This document shows positions 17,430 through 27,065 of a stretch of DNA of 64,000 nucleotides, one piece after another. Position 1 is the stretch's first letter. Each line of letters begins with the position of its first letter. Origin of the DNA: Candidatus Kapaibacterium sp. (GTDB lineage Bacteria; Bacteroidota; Ignavibacteria; Kapaibacteriales; NICIL-2); NCBI GenBank assembly GCA_026003495.1, contig BPHK01000001.1, positions 1,705,703-1,769,702 of the forward strand. Direction: 5' to 3'. The notes beneath the pieces were generated by a model. It had not been told where the DNA came from, searched no databases, and saw nothing but the letters and a program-made list of their open reading frames with translations. Made by a program: the position numbers and the translations under genes.

Positions 17430-18128
17430 TTAGTGCGTATACCACTGGCGCGGGACGGCTACTTGCTCCATCCGTGCCAGTATCGTCGCTTGTCGCTTTC
17501 GGATGTACGCGGTCGGCTGCCAAAAGCGCCAGCGGCGTGGATTCGGCAGCACCGCAGCCATCAACGCCGCTTCCGATGCAGTAAGCAGACGGGCAGACTT
17601 TTTCCAATACTGATTCGCCGCAGCCTCGACGCCATAGACCCCAGGGGCAAACTCTACAACGTTGAGGTATATCTCCATGATGCGCCGTTTTCCCCAGAGT
17701 GCTTCAATCAGCACGGTGAAGTATGCCTCGAGCGCCTTCCGGATGTACGTGCGTCCGTGCCAGAGAAAGACATTCTTTGCCGTTTGCATCGAGATTGTGC
17801 TTGCACCATAGAGCCTTCGCCCTTGGTAACGCTCGTTGAGCTTGCGCGCTTGTTCGATTGCCTCCCAATCGAACCCGTGATGCTCAAGAAATCGTGTATC
17901 CTCGGCAGCGATCACTGCACGCACCATCACTGGCGAGATCTCCTCGAGCGGCGCCCAACGCTTTGCGATCCCATACCACTTCCCACCATTGAGCAGGTCT
18001 CCGATAAGATTGGCAATCATGACCGTGGTAATCGGTGGGCGGACAAATGCGTAGAGCAGCACCCAGAGTCCAGTGCCGATGAACCAAGCAAGACAAATCC
18101 TGATCGTCCAAACAATAATCGCACGCAT
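17430..18128 (-). CDS. mtgA: monofunctional biosynthetic peptidoglycan transglycosylase
   Basis: GT51 motifs AVIAAEDTRFLEHHGFD, GASTISMQTAKN and RKALEAYFTVLIEALW, with a single N-terminal anchor. ATG 18128 preferred over the TTG at 18158. Confidence 0.85.
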   Translation of the reverse strand: MRAIIVWTIRICLAWFIGTGLWVLLYAFVRPPITTVMIANLIGDLLNGGKWYGIAKRWAPLEEISPVMVRAVIAAEDTRFLEHHGFDWEAIEQARKLNERYQGRRLYGASTISMQTAKNVFLWHGRTYIRKALEAYFTVLIEALWGKRRIMEIYLNVVEFAPGVYGVEAAANQYWKKSARLLTASEAALMAAVLPNPRRWRFWQPTAYIRKRQATILARMEQVAVPRQWYTH

Positions 18129-18143
18129 TCTTGAATCTTTTCG

Positions 18144-18151
18144 TATTTTTG
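18144..18151 (+). promoter_or_regulatory. putative FCB-type -7 promoter box (TATTTTTG) for the lrp-glnN pair
   Basis: Lies within CGTATTTTTGC, the same 11-mer found upstream of rpsF and rplM. It is 36 nt upstream of the in-frame TTG 18188, and it argues against the ATG 18131 start, which lies upstream of the box. Confidence 0.35.
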
Positions 18152-18187
18152 CCGCCAACTGTTGAAGTTTTCAACAAGAGACACGTT

Positions 18188-18676
18188 TTGAAGAAAAACT
18201 ATCAACTTTCCGAGACCGACCTTCTGCTCTGCCACTTGCTCGAGGGGAATGCTCGCATGAGCATGACAGAGCTCGCTGAACAGATTGGGTTATCCGTTAC
18301 CGCAACGAGCGAGCACATACGCAAGTTAGAGCAGCAAGGGATCATCACGGGGTACCATGCACAACTCGCACCGGCGGCAATCGGGCTGGACATCACCGCC
18401 TTCGTGTTCGTCTGGGTTGAAGGAAGTGCGCACTACCCTGCCTTTATCGAGCGCTGCAAGAAAGTCCCGGCAATTCTCGAATGCCATGCAATCACGGGGG
18501 AGGCCTCACACTTGCTCAAAGTTCGCGTCACCAATACTGCTGCGCTTGAAGAGTTGCTTTCGACAATCCAACAGTGGCGTGGCGTTCAACGCACACAAAC
18601 AAGCATTGTCCTCTCCACCCCGATCGAGACAACCCAACTTCTTCGGCATGTTTCACCATCAAAACGGCGACGATGA
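18188..18676 (+). CDS. Lrp/AsnC family transcriptional regulator
   Basis: HTH ([36 protein letters not shown]) plus a C-terminal RAM/ACT-like domain. The start is uncertain (TTG 18188, or ATG 18131 as in the ORF track). The stop overlaps the glnN ATG (ATGA). Confidence 0.75.
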   Translation: MKKNYQLSETDLLLCHLLEGNARMSMTELAEQIGLSVTATSEHIRKLEQQGIITGYHAQLAPAAIGLDITAFVFVWVEGSAHYPAFIERCKKVPAILECHAITGEASHLLKVRVTNTAALEELLSTIQQWRGVQRTQTSIVLSTPIETTQLLRHVSPSKRRR

Positions 18677-20820
18677 CCGCACACACTGGTCCTGCTGCTC
18701 ATGCCGCTTGGCGCCCCAACGGCATCCCACTCGAATCCTCGGATGCGCTGCACGAAGCATTCGCAAGTGATGTTTTCACACTCGAGCAAATGCGCCAGCG
18801 GCTGTCAAAGCCTGTCTTTACCTCGCTTCGCGAGACAATCGAGAAAGGGATCCCTCTCGATCCGAGCATTGCCGATACCGTTGCACTCGCGATGAAGGAG
18901 TGGGCTACCGAGCGTGGCGCTACGCACTTTACGCATTGGTTCCAACCGCTGACAGGATCAACTGCAGAAAAGCACGAAAGCTTCGTTACTCCTCTTGCCG
19001 ATGGCGGCGCCGTCACTGAGTTTTCCGGTAAAGACCTCATTCAAGGAGAGCCGGATGCATCCTCCTTCCCGAGCGGCGGGCTCCGCGCAACGTTCGAAGC
19101 ACGTGGCTACACTGCGTGGGACCCAAGTTCGCCAGCCTTCATCATGCGGCATTCGAACGGCGCCACGCTCTGTATCCCGACCGTCTTTGCATCCTGGACA
19201 GGCGAAGCACTCGATGCAAAGCTCCCGCTCCTGCGGTCGCTCGATGCGCTCGACCGCAGCGTCGTCCGCGCACTTGCGCTGCTGGGCATCCATGCCAACC
19301 GTGCCTACGCAACGATGGGGTGTGAACAAGAGTACTTCCTCGTGGACGAATCGTTCTACTACCGTCGGCCGGATCTCTACCTGACCGGACGCACTCTCTT
19401 TGGAGCAAAACCACCACGTGGGCAGGAACTCGAAGACCACTACTTCGGCACCATCCCAGATCGCGTGCTCTCGTACATGACCGAAGTCGAGCACGCGCTC
19501 TACCGGCTCGGTGTCCCCGTCAAAACGCGGCATAACGAGGTTGCGCCCGCGCAGTATGAGATTGCTCCCATCTTCGAGCATGCGAACGTTGCAGCCGATC
19601 ACCAACACCTGGTCATGACGGTCCTCCGCTCCACAGCGCGGCGATTTGGCTTAGTATGCCTCCTCCATGAAAAGCCGTTTGCCGGTGTCAATGGGAGCGG
19701 CAAACACCTCAATTGGTCTATTGCAACCGACACTGGACTGAACCTCCTCGACCCAGGGAGTGATCCACAGCAGAACATGGTGTTTCTGTTCTTCTGCACC
19801 GCGATGATCAAAGCCGTCCACCGCCACCAAGATTTGCTTCGCTTGAGCGTCGCCTCGGCAGCAAACGATCACCGCCTGGGAGCACACGAAGCACCACCAG
19901 CAATCATCTCCATGTACCTTGGCGATGCACTCACGGAGATGTTCGAACGCATCGCCCGCGGTGAGCCGCATGCCGCATCGTCCAATAGCAACATCCTGCA
20001 ATTGGGCGCACGGATTCTCCCACACCTTCCGCGCCATGCAACTGACAGAAACCGTACCTCGCCCTTTGCGTTCACTGGTGCCAAGTTCGAGTTCCGCGCA
20101 GTCGGCGCATCCCAGAGTGTCTCGTTCCCCGCAACAGTGCTCAATACGATTGCAGCTGAGGCCATTGATGAACTTGCAGCATCGCTCGAACGCTCCCTTG
20201 CACAAGGGAATCCACTGGGAAAAGCACTCGAGGAAGTCATCGGGCATGCCATCGCCGAACACCGCGCGATCATCTACAACGACGATGGCTACTCGGCTGA
20301 TTGGCATGCAGAAGCAGCAAAGCGAGGCCTGCTCAACCTCCGCTCAACGATTGAAGCAATCCCCACGCTGACTGCGCCCAAGAACGTCGAACTTTTTGCA
20401 CGCTACGGCATCTTCCACGAACGCGAGCTTGCTGCCCGCCAGGAAATTGCCTACACGCAGTACTTCAAGACCATCAACATCGAAGCAGAGACTACCGAAC
20501 GGATTGCAATGACGCAGCTTCTGCCCGCATGCTTTGCATACCTTGAATCGCTTGGGAACATCAAGCTCGGAACTGCCGCTGGTGCTCTGGCTCACGAAGT
20601 TGCACATTTGACCGACCAATTTGCAGAAGCACTCGCACAGCTACGACAACAAAATCGCGAGCTTGGCGGAGACCTGCCAAGACAGAAAGCACATCACATG
20701 GCCACCAACGTCTTGCCCGCAATGGAGCGGGTTCGTGCTGTTGCTGATCAACTCGAGCGGCTCGTCCCAGAGCAGCTTTGGCAACTACCAAGCTACCAGC
20801 AATTGCTCTGGCTCAAGTAA
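18673..20820 (+). CDS. glnN: glutamine synthetase, type III
   Basis: About 715 aa. The N-terminal [15 protein letters not shown]...[11 protein letters not shown] and central CEQEYFL...[10 protein letters not shown] motifs are typical of GSIII as found in Bacteroidota. Confidence 0.9.
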   Translation: MTAHTGPAAHAAWRPNGIPLESSDALHEAFASDVFTLEQMRQRLSKPVFTSLRETIEKGIPLDPSIADTVALAMKEWATERGATHFTHWFQPLTGSTAEKHESFVTPLADGGAVTEFSGKDLIQGEPDASSFPSGGLRATFEARGYTAWDPSSPAFIMRHSNGATLCIPTVFASWTGEALDAKLPLLRSLDALDRSVVRALALLGIHANRAYATMGCEQEYFLVDESFYYRRPDLYLTGRTLFGAKPPRGQELEDHYFGTIPDRVLSYMTEVEHALYRLGVPVKTRHNEVAPAQYEIAPIFEHANVAADHQHLVMTVLRSTARRFGLVCLLHEKPFAGVNGSGKHLNWSIATDTGLNLLDPGSDPQQNMVFLFFCTAMIKAVHRHQDLLRLSVASAANDHRLGAHEAPPAIISMYLGDALTEMFERIARGEPHAASSNSNILQLGARILPHLPRHATDRNRTSPFAFTGAKFEFRAVGASQSVSFPATVLNTIAAEAIDELAASLERSLAQGNPLGKALEEVIGHAIAEHRAIIYNDDGYSADWHAEAAKRGLLNLRSTIEAIPTLTAPKNVELFARYGIFHERELAARQEIAYTQYFKTINIEAETTERIAMTQLLPACFAYLESLGNIKLGTAAGALAHEVAHLTDQFAEALAQLRQQNRELGGDLPRQKAHHMATNVLPAMERVRAVADQLERLVPEQLWQLPSYQQLLWLK

Positions 20821-20826
20821 GGCAGG

Positions 20827-20834
20827 TATTTTCG
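20827..20834 (+). promoter_or_regulatory. possible -7-like box (TATTTTCG) upstream of purH
   Basis: GGTATTTTCGC, the same variant 11-mer as upstream of aspartate kinase, with 27 nt between the box and ATG 20862. Confidence 0.2.
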
Positions 20835-20861
20835 CGGCTTTTCCAACAAACCCGAACGCTG

Positions 20862-22397
20862 ATGGAAACACCACCAATCAAACGTGCACTGCTGAGCGCA
20901 TGGGATAAACGCGGCGTCGTTGATTTCGCACGATCACTCCACGAACTTGGCGTCGAACTGATCTCAACGGGAGGGACAGCGCTCGCACTCAAGGATGCGG
21001 GAATTCCTGTCACACTCGTTGAGCATCGCACCGGCTTCCCCGAAATTCTCGACGGCCGCGTCAAAACGCTCCACCCAGCCATCCACGCTGCTCTCTTGGC
21101 ACGGCGTGACGACCCATCCCATCGCGAGCAGCTCCGCATGCACAGTATTGAGCCGGTTGATTTGGTTTACGTCAATCTCTATCCCTTCCCCGAAGCTGCC
21201 GCGGAAGGTCGTGATGAGGAGAGCATCATTGAGATGATTGACATCGGCGGACCAACGCTCTTGCGGGCAGCTGCGAAAAACTATCGCTGGGTAGTTCCGA
21301 TCGTGCGTGCCGATGATTGCCCGCTCGTCATCGAGCATCTCCGCAGCGAAGGAAGAATCCCGCTCGAGCTCCGCCGCCAGCTTGCTGCGCTGACGTTCCA
21401 ATACACGGCATGGTACGACGCGCAGATTGCGCAGTACTTTGCCCCCTCGCCCATCGAACAGCAATTCTTTACGCTCGGGATGGCGCCGAAACACTCACTG
21501 CGGTATGGAGAAAATCCGCACCAGCAGGCCGCATACTTCGGCACGTTGACGGAATGCTTTGCCCATCGCCACGGCAAAGAGCTTTCGTACAACAACGTGC
21601 TCGATCTCGACGCCGCCGTCGGGCTGGTGATGGAATTCTCCGAGCCAACGATCGTGATCGTCAAGCACACTAACCCATGCGGTGTTGGCTCTGGCGCAAC
21701 GCTTCTGGAGGCATGGGAGAAAGCATATGCCACCGACACCGTCTCGCCATTCGGTGGGATTGTTGCTGCCAATACCACGATCGAAGAAGACTTTGCGGCA
21801 CACATCCACCCCCTCTTTACCGAGCTGATCGTTGCGCCGGCATTTAGCGATGAAGCGCTGGCCATACTGACCAAAAAGCGCGATCGCCGGCTCATCACCT
21901 TCGATCCGAACGTGATCCAGCAGCAGCGGGAACGTGCTCGTGTGCGGTCGGTACTCGGCGGTGTCCTCGTGCAGACAGCCGATCGTGAGCTGTTCCATCC
22001 GGACCAGTTGCGGGTCGTAACCGAACGCGAGCCAACCGATCGCGAGCTACGCGCGATGATGTTCGCTTGGAAAGTCGTCAAGCATACCAAGTCGAACGCC
22101 ATCGTTTACGCCGGACCAGACCAAACACTCGCAATCGGTGCGGGACAACCCTCCCGCGTTGATAGCGCGCGTATCGCCGCATGGAAAGCTGCGCAGTTCG
22201 GCATTGACTTGCGTGGTGCAGCTGTCGCAAGCGATGCGTTCTTCCCTTTCCCCGATGGCGTCATTCAGTGCGCTGATGCTGGCGCCACCGCGATTATTCA
22301 ACCTGGCGGCTCGATTCGCGACGAAGAAGTCATCCGCGCTGCCAACGAACGAAACATTGCGATGATTTTCACTGGCATGCGGCATTTCCTCCATTGA
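20862..22397 (+). CDS. purH: bifunctional AICAR transformylase / IMP cyclohydrolase
   Basis: [18 protein letters not shown]...STGGTA...GRVKTLHP, through the C-terminal GGSIRD...FTGMRHFLH: canonical PurH. Confidence 0.95.
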   Translation: METPPIKRALLSAWDKRGVVDFARSLHELGVELISTGGTALALKDAGIPVTLVEHRTGFPEILDGRVKTLHPAIHAALLARRDDPSHREQLRMHSIEPVDLVYVNLYPFPEAAAEGRDEESIIEMIDIGGPTLLRAAAKNYRWVVPIVRADDCPLVIEHLRSEGRIPLELRRQLAALTFQYTAWYDAQIAQYFAPSPIEQQFFTLGMAPKHSLRYGENPHQQAAYFGTLTECFAHRHGKELSYNNVLDLDAAVGLVMEFSEPTIVIVKHTNPCGVGSGATLLEAWEKAYATDTVSPFGGIVAANTTIEEDFAAHIHPLFTELIVAPAFSDEALAILTKKRDRRLITFDPNVIQQQRERARVRSVLGGVLVQTADRELFHPDQLRVVTEREPTDRELRAMMFAWKVVKHTKSNAIVYAGPDQTLAIGAGQPSRVDSARIAAWKAAQFGIDLRGAAVASDAFFPFPDGVIQCADAGATAIIQPGGSIRDEEVIRAANERNIAMIFTGMRHFLH

Positions 22398-22453
22398 CAG
22401 AAGCGCCAGCGTTCCATCGTTGCGGGCATGGGAGGGTGCGCTCATCACCTGCG

Positions 22454-23452
22454 TTAGGCGCTTATGCGCAGGACGATTTTCCCGAACTGCTCTCCTCGCC
22501 GCATGCGCTCGAATGCCTCCGCATACTGCGCTAGAGGAAAGACAGAATCCACAACAGGCCGAATCTGATATTGCTCGACCGCAGCAAGCATCGCAGCGAA
22601 ATCACGGTCGCTTCCCATCGTTGTTCCGATAATGCGGAGCTGGCGCCAAAAGATGCGGTGTACATCGAGCATGGGCACCCCGCCGAGCGTTGCACCGTAG
22701 AGAACAATTCGTCCGGCTGGATTGCTCAGTGCAACGAGATGATTGAACGGCTCTCCTGCACTACCATCCACGATGAGATCGAAACCGCCAACGCGACGCC
22801 GAAGCTCATCGGACCACGTCGGCGCTGTGTAGAGCACGCCATGATCGGCGCCCAACGCAATCGCCCGCTCGAGTTTCCATGCAGCGCCACTGGTTACCGC
22901 GATGGTGCGAGCTCCCAACGCACGTGCAAAGAGCAATGCAAACAGGGCCACACCTCCACCGATACCCGAAATGAGCAGCGCATCGGAACTACCAACTTGC
23001 CCTTGGACAGCAACTGCCCGATATGCAGTCAGGCCTGCCAGTGGCAGTGCAGCAGCTTCCTCATCGCCGAGGTGTGCCGGTGCTGGATGCAGCCGATCGA
23101 GCGGCACGGTGATGTATTCGGCGAACGTCCCCGGCGAGGGCATCCCGAGAATTGTGTAGTCTGCGCTTTGCACACGTTCGTCGGCGCCCCAGTGCTGATT
23201 GGGATTGATGATCACCCGCTGACCAATGAGACTCCGCTCGGCGTCATTGACTTCTTCGACAATTCCACATCCATCTGACCCCAAGACCGATGGGTACCGA
23301 ATCTTCGCGTACTTGCCTTCGATGATCCACACATCGCGGTGATTGAGCGCTGCGGCAAGCAGCCGCACGCGTGCATATCCTACGGGAATCGGCTCCTGCT
23401 CGATATCCTCGAGCGATACGTGGCCTGCAGTGCGAAGTACAAGCGCTTTCAC
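22454..23452 (-). CDS. zinc-type alcohol dehydrogenase / quinone oxidoreductase family (MDR) protein
   Basis: MKALVL...NHRDVWIIEGKY...GSDGCGIV and the nucleotide-binding ISGIGGGVALFA. The GTG start at 23452 forms a GTGA overlap with the stop of the upstream response-regulator reading frame. Confidence 0.8.
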   Translation of the reverse strand: MKALVLRTAGHVSLEDIEQEPIPVGYARVRLLAAALNHRDVWIIEGKYAKIRYPSVLGSDGCGIVEEVNDAERSLIGQRVIINPNQHWGADERVQSADYTILGMPSPGTFAEYITVPLDRLHPAPAHLGDEEAAALPLAGLTAYRAVAVQGQVGSSDALLISGIGGGVALFALLFARALGARTIAVTSGAAWKLERAIALGADHGVLYTAPTWSDELRRRVGGFDLIVDGSAGEPFNHLVALSNPAGRIVLYGATLGGVPMLDVHRIFWRQLRIIGTTMGSDRDFAAMLAAVEQYQIRPVVDSVFPLAQYAEAFERMRRGEQFGKIVLRISA

Positions 23453-23819
23453 TGCTCAAATTGGCGATAGTATTCCTCGATACTCGCGATGACTGCCTCC
23501 GGTTGAATCGGCTTGACGAAAAAAGCTTTCGCACCACATGCGAAGCAAAATTGCTGTGCGGCGAGTGAATCCACTACTGTCACAATTGCAACGTACGCGG
23601 AAGCTCACCGTGCCGCTCGCGGACAGCGCGGAGAACATCAATGCCATCGTAGCGAGGCAGTATCCAATCCACGAGCACCGCATCGAAGCGTTCGCGTTCG
23701 ACGAACTCGAGCGCACGTGCTCCATCGAGCGCAAACTCGACACTCCATCCATTCCGCTCGAGCACGGATCGGATGTACGTTGCGGTGACAGGGTTATCCT
23801 CTGCCACAAGGATTCGCAT
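23449..23819 (-). pseudogene. stand-alone CheY-like response regulator interrupted by a 1-nt frameshift
   Basis: Frame A (23580..23819) encodes MRILVAEDNP...FDAVLVDWILPRYDGIDVLRAVRERHGELPRT, then stops. My translation of another frame continues AIVTVVDSLAAQQFCFACGAKAFFVKPIQPEAVIASIEEYYRQFEQ, ending at TGA 23449..23451. Together these form one complete REC domain. The total length of 371 nt is not a multiple of 3. The shift must lie within 23583..23604. Confidence 0.6.
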
Positions 23820-23861
23820 GGCACTCCTTTGCTACTGTTCACCACCGCAGCTGCACTGCGG

Positions 23862-25205
23862 CTACGCCTGCGTTTGGCGGGGACGCCCGATGGCATAGTA
23901 CTCGAAACCATGCCGCTGCATCTCGCTGGGGTCCCACAGGTTACGCCCATCAAAAATAACATGGCCGTTGAGCATCGTTTTGAGTCGCTCCCAGTCTGGC
24001 GCGCGGAATTCTGCCCACTCGGTCGCCAGCACGAGCGCATCGGCTCCAGAAGCGGCGGCGTACATATCGGGTGCATAGTCAATTGCATCACCCAAGACCT
24101 GACCCGAGGTTTCGATCGCCTCAGGGTCATAGGCAACAATGCTGGCACCATCGGCGAGAAGGAGCCGAATGAGTGCGTGCGCAGGCGCTTCCCGCACATC
24201 ATCGGTGTTTGGTTTGAACGCCAGTCCCCAGAGTGCAAGACGTCGTCCTCGGACGCTGCCACCGAACCGCGCTTTGATAGTAGCGGCAAATCGCTCGAGC
24301 TGCTCACGATTGATAGTGGCGGTCAGCTCGACCAGACGCAATGGCGCACCAACTTCTCGTGCAGAGTGAGCCAGCGCTCGGATGTCTTTCGGCAGACAGC
24401 TCCCCCCGAAGCCAATGCCGGGATTCAAGTAGCGCCGCCCAATCCGCGGATCGAAGCTCATACCAATGCGAACGTGCTCGACGTCCGCACCGACTACCTC
24501 GCAGTAGCGGCTCAGCTCGTTCATGAACGAAATGCGGAGTGCAAGGAATGCATTCGCTGCGTACTTGGCAACTTCTGCACTGCGCTCATCCATCACCAAG
24601 AGTGGGCGGTCGTACTCATTGACAAACGGACGGTACAGCTCGCTGAGCACTGCCACCACCTCCGGATCGGAGCTGCCGATAATCACTCGCTCAGGGTGGA
24701 GCGTCTCGCGGACGGCATTTCCTTCGCTCAAGAATTCAGGGTTGCTGGCAACGCGGATGTCACTACCAGGCGCAACCTCGGCGACAACGCGCCGAACTTT
24801 TTCTGCTGTCCCAACCGGTACAGTGCTTCGCGTCACAAGAATTCTGCGCTCGGCGATTGACTCTTGGTGAATGATCGTCGCAATCTGGCGCGCTGTTTCG
24901 AGAACGTACCGAAGGTCTGCAGAACCATCCTCGTCTGGTGGTGTCGGCAGGCACAGGAAGATCACCGCTGCATTGCGGACTGCAAGGGGAAGATCGTCGG
25001 TAAAGTGGAGTCGCCCTTCGTGGAGGTTACGCTGGAGCATTGGCTCCAAGCCTGGCTCGTAGATCGTGCTTTCACCACGCTGCAGACGCGCAAGTTTGTC
25101 GCGATCGACATCAACACACCAGACGGTGTTGCCTTGCTCAGCAAAGCAAACGCCCGAGACAAGACCGACGTAGCCGGTTCCGATGACTGCAAGATTTCGA
25201 GGCAT
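23862..25205 (-). CDS. ugd: UDP-glucose 6-dehydrogenase
   Basis: NLAVIGTGYVGLVSGVCFAEQGN...GGSCLPKD...: UDPGDH family signatures, including the catalytic Cys. Confidence 0.9.
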   Translation of the reverse strand: MPRNLAVIGTGYVGLVSGVCFAEQGNTVWCVDVDRDKLARLQRGESTIYEPGLEPMLQRNLHEGRLHFTDDLPLAVRNAAVIFLCLPTPPDEDGSADLRYVLETARQIATIIHQESIAERRILVTRSTVPVGTAEKVRRVVAEVAPGSDIRVASNPEFLSEGNAVRETLHPERVIIGSSDPEVVAVLSELYRPFVNEYDRPLLVMDERSAEVAKYAANAFLALRISFMNELSRYCEVVGADVEHVRIGMSFDPRIGRRYLNPGIGFGGSCLPKDIRALAHSAREVGAPLRLVELTATINREQLERFAATIKARFGGSVRGRRLALWGLAFKPNTDDVREAPAHALIRLLLADGASIVAYDPEAIETSGQVLGDAIDYAPDMYAAASGADALVLATEWAEFRAPDWERLKTMLNGHVIFDGRNLWDPSEMQRHGFEYYAIGRPRQTQA

Positions 25206-25238
25206 GTACTGGCTCCTTATGGCAATGCGACGTTGCCG

Positions 25239-27065
25239 CTACCGGCGTAGCCCATTCCGCCCAGAGCCACCAGGTGCAGCAGCGCGCCAGAGCGGACTCG
25301 ACATAAGCGGTGGCTTGGGGTAGCCATCTTCCAACGGGCGAAGTTCGAGATCCTCGATGAGCACATCCGGCGAGGCGATCGTTGCAACGACATACTGCGC
25401 TCCGCCTGTGCGATATGGGGAAATCACCGAGGGCGCCAAGAGGTTATGGACGTAAAGCGACTGCCCGACGGCAACGACATCGCGGAAGACTTGGTACCCC
25501 CCGGGCGCAAGTGTAGCGCCGCGCACAAGTTCGCGCCGACCATCCCGCCAGACGCGTTCGACCAGTAGTGCAGGAATCTGCCCTTCTCCGCCGGTGGGGA
25601 ATGTCCCGCTCGTCTGCTGATAGACAGCCGTGTAGAGGAGATTCTGATTGAGCACTTGGCGAACGATGTAGCCGTAAGGCAGATCTCGCCGTTTGAGCAT
25701 TTGCTGCATCTTCTCCAGCAATGCGCGCTGCGGAAGGCTCCGCGATGGATTCTCCGAGCGGAGGATGAGCACATCGTACATCGCTCCTCCACCTCGCGAA
25801 CGACCGTTTGAGGTGCGGATGCGCCGCGTTGGCACACGACTGCTGAGCAATGTTTCCAAGTATCCACTGCGCACGAGCACAAGTGGCGCAGGCTCGATTC
25901 CTTCATCGTCAATCCGATATGCACCCGCCACCGGAGTTCTGCCAATTGTTGTGCGCTGCGGCGTGCTTTCGACCGAGAGGAACTCTGCCATAACCCGTGC
26001 ACCGATTTTGTTCTGCAGTGCCCCGAAGCGATTCTGCTCCTGGACTCCTTGTTCGGCAAGTTGCGGCCGCTGCGCTACCAGGTGCGGTGCAAATACCTGA
26101 GCGAAGAGCTCCGCTGCAGCTTGCCCAGCAAAAAGCACTGGTCCCGAATACGGCTCCGAAACGACGGGTGCTGCAGCCACCTGCCGCAGGTGCTCTAAGA
26201 CAGCACGCATTGCCTGAGCGAGCGAATCCCACGACGGGAGCTCGTCGAGCGTTCGAGCATAGGCTGCATAGGTCTGTGCCAGTGGCATGCCATCGGGAGC
26301 CTGGGTTGTTGCAACAATTTCGATGCCTACCTGGCGGTGGAGCTTCGTCATCTGGCGTCCTTCGCTGTTGACGTAGAGGACAAGCTCTGGGATGTGCTCG
26401 AACGTTATCGTTGCAGTTTGGATTTCGGGGTAGTCCCGCGCAAGCGCGGAAATGCTGCGAAGCTGCCTGCAGACAGCTGCAAGATCAACGTGCGGAATGT
26501 CCGCAGCAGTATCGGCCAGCGTCTGTGGCGGCAGCAGCACAAAGTCAGGTGTCGTATCCTGCTGGATGCGGTTTTTGAGCACGGCTTCTTTCTTGGCGTA
26601 CTGCTCGACAGCGGCCTTGTAGGCTGCATCGGTCGCAAGCCATGCTTGGTGCCGCATTCGCGCGTAGCTTGGCTCGAGTGGTACCGGGCGGTTTCGGTAG
26701 GTTTCGTCGTCGTCGCCTCCGAAAAACAGCAGCGCTGCATCGAAGAAGTTCGTGTTATCGCGCTCGGGAGAGCCCACGCGGATCCCAACCGTCAGCCGTG
26801 CAGATGCAGTCTGCCCACTATCGAGTGTACCGCCGAGCGAGACCTTCGCTCGCGCCGACCAGCGATAGCGGAATGTGTACTCCAGGTAGTACGGCTTCTT
26901 GAGCGACTCGATCGAGAGACTATCCATCGAGCGCCGAAGCTCATCCTGGAGTGCACGCCGGACCTGGCCAATCCACGGTGGCATCACAGCCAACGCAGTA
27001 CTGAGTGCTCCAACAGCAAACGTTGCAAGGCTCCGAAACACTCTCTGCATCGCACCGGCTCTCAT
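25239..27065 (-). CDS. secreted PmbA/TldE-like protein (TldD/PmbA family, no HExxxH)
   Basis: N-terminal signal-like segment (QRVFRSLATFAVGALSTALA). The C-terminal half has the family pattern (YRIDDEGIEPAPLVLVRSGYL...SNGRSRGG). ATG 27065 forms an ATGA overlap with the upstream paralog. Confidence 0.65.
   Translation of the reverse strand: MRAGAMQRVFRSLATFAVGALSTALAVMPPWIGQVRRALQDELRRSMDSLSIESLKKPYYLEYTFRYRWSARAKVSLGGTLDSGQTASARLTVGIRVGSPERDNTNFFDAALLFFGGDDDETYRNRPVPLEPSYARMRHQAWLATDAAYKAAVEQYAKKEAVLKNRIQQDTTPDFVLLPPQTLADTAADIPHVDLAAVCRQLRSISALARDYPEIQTATITFEHIPELVLYVNSEGRQMTKLHRQVGIEIVATTQAPDGMPLAQTYAAYARTLDELPSWDSLAQAMRAVLEHLRQVAAAPVVSEPYSGPVLFAGQAAAELFAQVFAPHLVAQRPQLAEQGVQEQNRFGALQNKIGARVMAEFLSVESTPQRTTIGRTPVAGAYRIDDEGIEPAPLVLVRSGYLETLLSSRVPTRRIRTSNGRSRGGGAMYDVLILRSENPSRSLPQRALLEKMQQMLKRRDLPYGYIVRQVLNQNLLYTAVYQQTSGTFPTGGEGQIPALLVERVWRDGRRELVRGATLAPGGYQVFRDVVAVGQSLYVHNLLAPSVISPYRTGGAQYVVATIASPDVLIEDLELRPLEDGYPKPPLMSSPLWRAAAPGGSGRNGLRR

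Noticed and set aside
23456-24307. 283-aa minus-strand ORF spanning the ugd 3' half and the response-regulator region.
   Set aside because: It is out of frame with ugd and has a low-complexity Ser/Arg-rich translation. Its C-terminal tail is simply another frame of the REC gene. It is not the frame that completes the REC domain.
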